Assembly (NCBI GenBank): GCA_044869275.1
Contig: JBIOXB010000139.1
Location: 32,001-96,000, forward strand
DNA: 64,000 bases
From: a bacterium
GTDB lineage: Bacteria > Zhuqueibacterota > Zhuqueibacteria > Zhuqueibacterales > Zhuqueibacteraceae
Direction: 5' to 3'
The notes beneath the pieces are model-generated. The model saw only the letters and a list, made by a program, of their open reading frames with translations. It did no database searches and was not told the DNA's origin. This document shows, one piece after another, positions 56,613 through 64,000 of this stretch. A program made the position numbers and the translations under genes. Each line of letters opens with the position of its first letter. Within the stretch, counting starts at the first letter, position 1.

Positions 56613-59588
56613 ATGCCAGCATCTGTGTTTGCCCATCATCGATTATGGGGGAGAATCACTCTCGGATTTCTTGCCGTGCTTTTGCCGCTCTGGCTTTTTG
56701 ATACGGTCGGATTTCTAAAGGCTTTCGAATTGCAGTTTTTGGACAGGATGATGAAGTTGCGCGGCCATCGCGACCCGAGCCCCAATCTCATCCTGGTCAC
56801 GATCGACAATCAGGCCGCCAACGCGCTGGGGTCGCCGCTGCCGCGGCGGTACTACACACAATTGCTGCGCGCCTTGAGCCAATACGGCGCCAAAACCATC
56901 GTGCTTGATCTGCAGTTCAACACGCATCATGATGTGGAAGCGGATATCGAACTCGCAAAACTCATGCAATCGCTCGGTAACGTCATCCAACCTTTTTTGT
57001 TTCAGTATCGTCTGGAAGATGACTTCGATCATAAAATCGAAAGGGCAACGCCGCAGAACAGCGCGTATGCACAATTCAGTATAAGGCCTAAGCAATACGC
57101 TGATCTTTCCTTTATCTTGGGTGACTCGGCGATGCTGCCGCATCGAATTTTTATTGAAACCGCGGCCAAGGCCGGCCTGGTTTTTATCTATCCGGACGAC
57201 GACGGCGGATACCGCCGGCTGCCCTTGTTGTGTAAAAACTTTGGAAAAGTCTATGCGGCCTTGAGCTTGTTAGCGATCTGCGATTATCACAACATTTCGC
57301 CGGACAGCTTGCGCATTCAGCAGAATTTTTGGGGGTATCAACTCGCTCTCCCTTTCGCATCAACCGCGGTCAATATACCCATCAACCGGCAGGGGCAGAC
57401 GCTGCTGAATTTTTACGGTCCATTTGAAGCTTTCAAATCCTATTCGATCCTTGACATTCTCGAATCGTTGCAGGAGCTCGAGCAGCGCAAAGCGCCGCGC
57501 GTGCCCTTGCGAGATTTTGCCGGCAAAATCGTTCTCCTCGGCACCAACGAGAGCCTGCGCAAGGATTTCTTCGTCACTCCTTTTGCCGAGGATTTTCCCG
57601 GCATGGGCATTCATGCCACCGCCATCAGCAATTTTCTCAACGGCGACAGCTTGCGGCAGTTGCCGCAGCGCCTCGAGGCCGGACTCGTTATTATTCTCGC
57701 TCTCCTCCTGACCGGCGGCATGTTGCTCGCCAGCCGCCTCAACAAAGCGCGCGAGACAATTTATGCCGGGCTGATCTTTGGGGCAATTTTGCTGGCGTTC
57801 AATGCGTGTGCCTATGTGCTGCTGTTCGAAAGCTGGCATGTTGTGCCTCCCATGCTGAAAACCAATGGCGCGCTCGTACTGTTGTTTGTTGCCACGACGA
57901 TTTATGAAAAAAACTGGGGCGTCAGGACGCTCAATCGCGAGGTCGGGCGCTTGGAAAGCGCCATGCAAGAGCGCTTGGCAGAAATGAACACGCTCAATGC
58001 CAAGATCAGCGCCCGTGATGAAGAATACAAAACGCTGGAGTTTTTAATCAAAGACTTCGAAAATCTTTTTTCTCATCCGCCGGCCGAGCTGACCAGTTTG
58101 TTGCAGAATCCGCTGGATCGCATGCGCCTTGTCAAAGAACAAATTAGATATGAATTGGATCACTTGCATGATGACAAACATCGCCTGGAGAATGAGAATA
58201 AAGATCTCGAATCACAAATAATAAGGCTCAGAGCAATCCAACCGGAACCTGCCCCCGGCGCGGCAGAAAAGAATAAGGAGGCCCCCACTCCTGGAGAAAC
58301 GCCGCAGAAAAAATTGGAAGAAATGAATGGGGTGATGGAGCAATATAAAAAATTCAGGGATAAAGCCCAGGTTACGCACTATTTCGATCCGGCGTTCAAC
58401 ATGATCACCGCGGTGATGAATGGCCGGCCCGATGACGAGCCGAAAAAATCCAAAATGCAGGAAATCTTCTCGCTCATCGAGCGCATTAGCCCGTATGATT
58501 CCACAGTATTGATCACGGGCGCCATCGGCACCGGCAAAACGGAATTGGCCAAAGCCATCCACCATCGCAGCCGTCGCAAACAGGGGCCATTCAAGTGCAT
58601 CAACATTGCGTCGATTCCGGAGAATTTGATCGAGTCCGAGTTGTTTGGCCATACCAAAGGCGCGTTTACCGGCGCCCTGAACGATCGCAAAGGCGCGTTT
58701 GAATACCTCAACGGCGGCACCATCGTTCTCGATGAGATCGGCGACCTCAAACCGGAATCGCAAGTCAAATTGTTGCACGTGCTGCAGGAGAAAAAGTTCA
58801 GCCGTGTGGGTAGCAACGAGCAGATCGAAGTCGACGTGCGCATTATCACCGCCACCAACCAGGACTTGCAGGAGCTTATCCGGGAGAAAAAGTTCCGCGA
58901 AGATTTGTATTCCCGGTTGAATGTGATCCGCATTCAGGTGCCGCCATTGCGCGAGCGCCGCGAGGAAATTCCCCACTACGTCCATTATTTTTTGGCCAAT
59001 TTCAACAAAAAATATGATCAACAAAAACGCGTAAGCGACGATGCCTTGATGGCCATGATTCTCCACGATTGGCAAAACAACATTCGTGATCTGAAAAATG
59101 CGGTGGATAGAGCCTACGTCCACAGTGGGGACCATACCATCCGTCTGGGCGACTTGGATGAAGACATGCAAAAAAGTTATCGCGCCGTTTTTACCGAGCA
59201 ATCCGCCAGCATGTGGGAAGGCTTGGTCAAAAGCGCTCGAGCAGAAATAGACAACCTGATGGACAAGTGCCGGGAGCTTCTGCATGCGGGGAATGTCGAG
59301 CAAGCTTTACAGTTGGGCCAGCTCAAAATGGGGGATTTGACTTACGAAAGCTGCTATGAATGCATCCAAGCTTATCTCGACAATGAAGGTTCATCCTTTC
59401 CGCACAACCAGAGAGAAAAGCTGGCCAAGCAAATCATCGTGGTTATGCAAAAGGAACTTTACGCCTGGTGCAAGGAGGAAAAACTCGGCAGCATGGAGGT
59501 TTTGTCCAAAGAAATCGAAAAACTGCTCGGCCGTGGCCGCCGGCAAGTGGACAATTGGGAACGCGAAGTCGGCGCGCCCGCGCGGTAA
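56613..59588 (+). CDS. Membrane-bound CHASE2-domain sigma54-dependent activator (bEBP)
   Basis: TM, CHASE2 (LVTID, PRRYY, DDDGGYRR, GKIVLLG, PGMGIHA), 3 TMs, coiled coil, AAA+ with ESELFGHTKGAFTGA, LDEIG, FREDLYSRL; C-terminal HTH-like segment. Confidence 0.9.
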   Translation: MPASVFAHHRLWGRITLGFLAVLLPLWLFDTVGFLKAFELQFLDRMMKLRGHRDPSPNLILVTIDNQAANALGSPLPRRYYTQLLRALSQYGAKTIVLDLQFNTHHDVEADIELAKLMQSLGNVIQPFLFQYRLEDDFDHKIERATPQNSAYAQFSIRPKQYADLSFILGDSAMLPHRIFIETAAKAGLVFIYPDDDGGYRRLPLLCKNFGKVYAALSLLAICDYHNISPDSLRIQQNFWGYQLALPFASTAVNIPINRQGQTLLNFYGPFEAFKSYSILDILESLQELEQRKAPRVPLRDFAGKIVLLGTNESLRKDFFVTPFAEDFPGMGIHATAISNFLNGDSLRQLPQRLEAGLVIILALLLTGGMLLASRLNKARETIYAGLIFGAILLAFNACAYVLLFESWHVVPPMLKTNGALVLLFVATTIYEKNWGVRTLNREVGRLESAMQERLAEMNTLNAKISARDEEYKTLEFLIKDFENLFSHPPAELTSLLQNPLDRMRLVKEQIRYELDHLHDDKHRLENENKDLESQIIRLRAIQPEPAPGAAEKNKEAPTPGETPQKKLEEMNGVMEQYKKFRDKAQVTHYFDPAFNMITAVMNGRPDDEPKKSKMQEIFSLIERISPYDSTVLITGAIGTGKTELAKAIHHRSRRKQGPFKCINIASIPENLIESELFGHTKGAFTGALNDRKGAFEYLNGGTIVLDEIGDLKPESQVKLLHVLQEKKFSRVGSNEQIEVDVRIITATNQDLQELIREKKFREDLYSRLNVIRIQVPPLRERREEIPHYVHYFLANFNKKYDQQKRVSDDALMAMILHDWQNNIRDLKNAVDRAYVHSGDHTIRLGDLDEDMQKSYRAVFTEQSASMWEGLVKSARAEIDNLMDKCRELLHAGNVEQALQLGQLKMGDLTYESCYECIQAYLDNEGSSFPHNQREKLAKQIIVVMQKELYAWCKEEKLGSMEVLSKEIEKLLGRGRRQVDNWEREVGAPAR

Positions 59589-59684
59589 ACGTGCCGCTCC
59601 TGATCCACGCGCCGGGAATACGGTCACGCAGCGTGGAGTTCGTGATCATCATGCGGCAGGCTGCGCCCAGTCGTTTTTCTCTTT

Positions 59685-60185
59685 TTACTTCTCCCCGATC
59701 ATCGCCAAATGATTCGGCTCCACCAGCCAGCGCAACAACAAATGTCCCGTACGCAGCGGCTTTTCACCCTCCACCAGCGCCACTCCGCCCTTTTTGAAAA
59801 AAGCAATTGGAGTGTTTTTTCCGGCGACCAGAAAGGCCAGCAAGGCACTGACATGCGGCTCATGGCCGGCCAGGGCGATCGCGGCTTGGTCACCGTGCTC
59901 GCTGAGCAGCGCCAGCATCTGTGCGGGATCAGCTTCAGGCACGAGCAAGTCCGTATGCTCAATCTTCTCAATTTTCAATTCAGCTTGCAAGATCTCCGCA
60001 GTTTGATGGGCGCGCACCAGCGGGCTGGAATAGAGATGCGTGAGCTCGACCCCCAAATTTCGCAAGCCGCGTGCGATGCGCACCATCTTTTTCCGGCCCT
60101 TGTCCGTCAGCGGCCGTTGTGCATCGGGCTCATGCCAGTTTTCTCGCAATTCGGCGATCGCGTGCCGCACGATATAAATCTGCAT
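59685..60185 (-). CDS. sixA: Phosphohistidine phosphatase SixA
   Basis: IVRHAIA, RPLTDKG, SSPLVRAHQTA, GHEP, FKKGG. Confidence 0.9.
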   Translation of the reverse strand: MQIYIVRHAIAELRENWHEPDAQRPLTDKGRKKMVRIARGLRNLGVELTHLYSSPLVRAHQTAEILQAELKIEKIEHTDLLVPEADPAQMLALLSEHGDQAAIALAGHEPHVSALLAFLVAGKNTPIAFFKKGGVALVEGEKPLRTGHLLLRWLVEPNHLAMIGEK

Positions 60186-60275
60186 GTTCCTTCTCCTCCA
60201 AAAATACTCAATTTCTTTGGTTCTGCCATTTGTTTCGGTCGGCATGGGCAGCAGCATGCTGCAAAAACATTCAGA

Positions 60276-60386
60276 AGACAGAAAGATGAAGGACAGAAAA
60301 ATGTTTGCCACCGGCTTCATCTCTTCAACGTCAACTTCCCTGACATGATGCCAACTGCAATTTTTCTGTCTCTCATTTTTCTGTCT
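60276..60386. repeat. Inverted repeat pair built from a gacagaaaaat unit
   Basis: agacagaaagatgaaggacagaaaaat ... atttttctgtctctcatttttctgtct. Confidence 0.7.
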
Positions 60387-60767
60387 TGGCTCTTATGCAA
60401 GCCAACTTCACATTGCCAAGTTAGAATAAAATCCAAAAGTCCGGCTCACGGAAATGAATTTCCACGGAAAGATGTATGTTCTTTTGTTTCCGTGAGCCGT
60501 TCCTATTCTGCGCGCCTTAACACCGCCGCTCGCCCGAGCTTCAGTTTTCAGCTTGCCGGAAAACTGGGGTAGGTTCTACGCCACAAAATATAGAAATTTT
60601 CACCCAGCTTGTCAAATGCCAAAGCCTGACAGTCGCGAGGCGCTTGCATGAAAGAGCTTGTGGCCAAAGATTTTTTTTATTATAATTTTACATTCCGTTT
60701 TGCACGGCATTCGGGCAAAAAATTACACTCCACTTTGCAAAACTTCGCGGCCGGACAACGGGTGTCT

Positions 60768-61412
60768 ATGAGGACGAACAACAATCTTTGGGCAGCCGCC
60801 GTAATGCTGGCGTGTGCAGGGGTTTGCGCATGTTCGAAGAATAACACTTCCCAAACCATCGACGAGAAAGAGCCGCCGCCACCCGCGCCGCAGGCGGAAG
60901 CACCGGCTCCGTCTGCTTCTCCCATTCCGGCCGGGCCGATTGCCGGTTCGGTATTAGACGTGGTTTCTCCCGACAGCCCGATGCCTCCGGATGTGCTCAT
61001 CGCCATGGCCGCTTATGGCGTGAAAACGCAAGGCCAAACCAAATTCTGGCATACCCAAAGCCTCGACATTAACGAAGATGGCTCGAAAGAGTTGTTGATT
61101 TCCAACGTCGTGGAGTGGTGCGGCAGCGGCGGCTGCAGCTTGTGGCTGTGGCAGCGCACACGCAATGGCTTGCGCAATCTCTTGCCGACCGAGGACATCA
61201 CGGCTGCCGCCATCAACCTGGAAGACGCACGCACGGAGAGCTATCGCAACCTCAGCGTCTTTCATCGCGCCACCGGCAAGAACAAGGAATTTTTGATGGT
61301 CAGCGATTTGTACGTGTGGAATGGCGAAGCGTACCGCAAAAGTTCCACGATCGAGCATGGCAAGTATCTCGACACACCCTTGCCCGCGACGGTGTGGAAA
61401 GTCTTGCCGTGA
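60768..61412 (+). CDS. Hypothetical lipoprotein
   Basis: Lipobox VCAC, Pro-rich linker, DINEDGSKE and WCGSGGC motifs. Confidence 0.75.
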   Translation: MRTNNNLWAAAVMLACAGVCACSKNNTSQTIDEKEPPPPAPQAEAPAPSASPIPAGPIAGSVLDVVSPDSPMPPDVLIAMAAYGVKTQGQTKFWHTQSLDINEDGSKELLISNVVEWCGSGGCSLWLWQRTRNGLRNLLPTEDITAAAINLEDARTESYRNLSVFHRATGKNKEFLMVSDLYVWNGEAYRKSSTIEHGKYLDTPLPATVWKVLP

Positions 61413-61503
61413 GCAGTTGACCTGCTAGGCTTTGTCCACTTCAGAAAATTTTTATGCGAACAGCACTGGTTGTGCAAAAGTCATTGGTCAAGCTGGAGGC
61501 GAC

Positions 61504-61995
61504 ATGGATGCAACGATGGCGTTGTTGCAAATCTTCGTGATTATTGTGGTACTGGTAGGTGGCGGTTTTTTGGCGAAAACTTACTTCCGCAAGGCTAAAA
61601 TCACCAAAGAAGATAAGGAACTCTGGAAAAAGAACGCCGTCAATCACAACAAAGAGCTGGATACCGCTTTCAACAAGAAGGATGAAAAAGCGTACAACGA
61701 AATGCTGTATGCCAAGGTTTCACGCTTCATGCCCAAGATTCCGTATCGCATCGAGGGCCAGACCGAAGTCATGAAAAAGGTCAAAATGCAAATGGAGCAA
61801 GTCGGCAGCGGGTCGACCAGTCCCATGCAAAGAAGTGAAGAGTTGTTCAACGACGTCTTGGTGGTCACTTATAATTACATGACAGACAGCAAGTTGGGTG
61901 ACAAGTTTGTCGAAGGCTCGGGCAAAGTGACACGGGTATGGGCACGCCAACAAAGCGGCTGGAAATTGGTGCACGAACATATCAGCGAGAACTAA
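61504..61995 (+). CDS. Membrane-anchored NTF2/SnoaL-like (DUF4440) protein
   Basis: N-terminal TM; TRVWARQQSGWKLVHEHIS; GGAGG RBS. Confidence 0.8.
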   Translation: MDATMALLQIFVIIVVLVGGGFLAKTYFRKAKITKEDKELWKKNAVNHNKELDTAFNKKDEKAYNEMLYAKVSRFMPKIPYRIEGQTEVMKKVKMQMEQVGSGSTSPMQRSEELFNDVLVVTYNYMTDSKLGDKFVEGSGKVTRVWARQQSGWKLVHEHISEN

Positions 61996-61996
61996 C

Positions 61997-62554
61997 ATGA
62001 AGCGTCATCCGGCGATCTTGCAGCGCCAGCGCACGGCATTGTTGTTGATTGATATTCAGGCACGGGTGCATGCGGTCATGCTGCACCGCCAGCAAGTGGA
62101 GCAAAATGCGGTGAAATTGATTCGCGGCTTTCAGATTCTGCAGATCCCCATCTTCCTCACCGAACAATACCCCCAGGGCCTGGGCGCGACAATTTCCGGA
62201 GTTCTCGCGGCATTGGGCGGGATTTCTCCTTTGCAAAAAATGTCTTTCAGTTGCTGCGGCAATGAAGAATTGATGAATAGATTGGAAGAAGGAGGAATCA
62301 AACAACTGGTGTTATGCGGGATTGAGACGCACGTGTGCGTGCAGCAAACCGCGCTGGATTTGCTGGCAAACGGCTATCAAGTGCACGTGGCGCAGGACGC
62401 AGTTTCCTCGCGCCAGGAAGCCGATCATCTCACCGCCCTCGCGCGCATGCGCGCGGCGGGCACGGTGGTCACCGGAACGGAATCCGTTTTGTTCGAATTG
62501 CTGCAGCGCGCGGATGTGGCGGAGTTCAAGCAGGTGGCGGCGCTGATCAAGTGA
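61997..62554 (+). CDS. Isochorismatase-family hydrolase
   Basis: LIDIQ, TEQYPQGLG, KMSFSC, GIETHVCVQQT. Confidence 0.93.
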   Translation: MKRHPAILQRQRTALLLIDIQARVHAVMLHRQQVEQNAVKLIRGFQILQIPIFLTEQYPQGLGATISGVLAALGGISPLQKMSFSCCGNEELMNRLEEGGIKQLVLCGIETHVCVQQTALDLLANGYQVHVAQDAVSSRQEADHLTALARMRAAGTVVTGTESVLFELLQRADVAEFKQVAALIK

Positions 62555-62706
62555 AATCCTGGGCTGGTCCGGGCGGCGCTGCGGCAACCTCCCCAAATGC
62601 CGGCACCAAAATCCACGGACGAGGCCCGCGGCCTCAGCGCCGAGGAGAGCAGCGCTCCTGCTCGCCTGATTCCAGGCAGCAACGCAGTTCCCACCTCCCT
62701 CACCCC

Positions 62707-63456
62707 CTACTCAAAATCCAGCAGGGTATGCGAATACGAACGCAGGGTCGCGCCGGTGGCCGTAACGTAGCGCTTCCAAAATTCCTGCACGGCAAAAAAC
62801 TTTTCAGTGTCTTTGGAATAGGCGCCGGCCATCCAAACCTCGACGCCTTCAAGGCGGGGAATGCGGTGCTTGCTGCGCAGCGTGGCGATGGCACCATCCA
62901 GGTATTGCGAAGTGAGCTGATCTTTGTCGAAGTCGAATTCCGAAGAGCTCTCTTGCATATCGGAAATGATGATCAGCGATTTCCTGCTAGCCTTGCCGTT
63001 CTTGATCTGGTCGCAAATTAAAAAGGAATTCACAATCTCGCTTTTCTGCATTTTGACGCGGGAAGAAAGCACGCTGTCCACGGTCGCAATCAAGCTGCGC
63101 GTGATCTCACGCAAGCTCTTGTCATACTGCGTGCGGTTGTCGTTCCACATGCTGAACGAGGGAAACGTGATGTCAAAAATCGGCGTGAAGTCCGCAATGG
63201 TGAGATCGATGATTTTGCAGACGGTCAAGCGATCGCCCTCTTCGAGTTTGGAGACGATTCTTTCGATGTACTTCTTGTAATTGTCCCGGTCCGGCAGGGT
63301 GCTGAGCGACATGTCGATGAAGATCATGACATGGCGGGATTCTTTGGGCGCGGCGTGATTGCAGCCCGTGGCCACCGCCCCGGCGATCATCGCAGCAGCC
63401 GTCATCATAGCCAGCGCTAGCGCCGGCCGCAAAAGGTTTGCAAATCGACGATTCAT
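62707..63456 (-). CDS. Putative lipoprotein with a vWA-like domain
   Basis: ATGC lipobox; IFIDMSLS (DxSxS) and IIISDM; alternative start at 63522. Confidence 0.65.
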   Translation of the reverse strand: MNRRFANLLRPALALAMMTAAAMIAGAVATGCNHAAPKESRHVMIFIDMSLSTLPDRDNYKKYIERIVSKLEEGDRLTVCKIIDLTIADFTPIFDITFPSFSMWNDNRTQYDKSLREITRSLIATVDSVLSSRVKMQKSEIVNSFLICDQIKNGKASRKSLIIISDMQESSSEFDFDKDQLTSQYLDGAIATLRSKHRIPRLEGVEVWMAGAYSKDTEKFFAVQEFWKRYVTATGATLRSYSHTLLDFE

Positions 63457-63518
63457 TCCTTGAACACGTTCAGGTTTTGGGTGAAACCATGGTATGGCAG
63501 TCTTGCCGAATCGAAAAC

Positions 63519-64000
63519 TCATTCAAACGAAAAGCGCGTGCTCACCAGCGCCGTCGAGGGCTTGGTTTGGCCATTGTTGTTGGCGAACGTCTCTTCACGG
63601 AATTCCGGAATCAAGATGTCCGGCAGCATTTCGAAAGCCTTGGGCCGATGCTCGTCCTGGCGGCGCAGCAGATTATGCTGGCGATACACGCTGATGGTTT
63701 GGTGGGCGCGATCACGAATCTGCAGAATGTGGTTGTGGCAGCCGGATTTCAGCGCGTTGCGCATGCCTTCGATGCGATGGATGCGCCGCAGCGCTTTGGT
63801 GTAATCCTGCTTGAATTTGAACAGCTTGAAATCGCGCTCGTGCGCGTACCACGAAGCATACACCGAAATCACGAAGATCAAAAAATTCAAAGATAGAAAG
63901 AAGAGCCAGGCGTTGAACATCGTCTCTTCCGTGGACGGCACTGAAGTCTTGAAGTAGCTATTGCGCACGGCAGCCAGCGCATAGAGGGAAAAAACGATCA
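63519..64000 (-). CDS. 3' part of a membrane/coiled-coil protein that begins beyond the window
   Basis: Open frame with a TM followed by helical segment; stop overlaps the alternative start of the next gene. Confidence 0.6.
   Translation of the reverse strand, partial: IVFSLYALAAVRNSYFKTSVPSTEETMFNAWLFFLSLNFLIFVISVYASWYAHERDFKLFKFKQDYTKALRRIHRIEGMRNALKSGCHNHILQIRDRAHQTISVYRQHNLLRRQDEHRPKAFEMLPDILIPEFREETFANNNGQTKPSTALVSTRFSFE

Overview
GC-rich Gram-negative bacterial chromosomal segment. PorV-like and FlgD-Ig remnants plus the repeat style suggest an FCB-affiliated lineage such as candidate division KSB1 (inference only). Housekeeping content includes ppk1, efp, an AmpG-like MFS transporter, ppx, long-form ispG, a LolCDE-like export module, LytS/LytTR, a UvrD-nuclease/SbcD/YhaN-type DNA-processing trio, a MATE transporter and sixA. 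Three accessory loci stand out. (1) 48.9-59.6 kb: a membrane-embedded CHASE2-sigma54 activator faces an array of TTGGAAATC motifs and a sigma54-like promoter. These precede three genes sharing a paralogous C-terminal beta-domain and a trypsin/Nal1-like protease-TM-lytic transglycosylase fusion. (2) An isolated tssJ-tssL-tssM (T6SS membrane complex only, no tssK or tail genes in the window). (3) luxE-luxC-class III aminotransferase without luxAB. The window also holds many gene remnants, a ~200 bp MITE/REPIN in two copies, inverted short-unit repeat arrays and a candidate structured RNA. I saw no rRNA, tRNA, CRISPR array or intact transposase. All family calls come from motif recognition by eye, not database searches.
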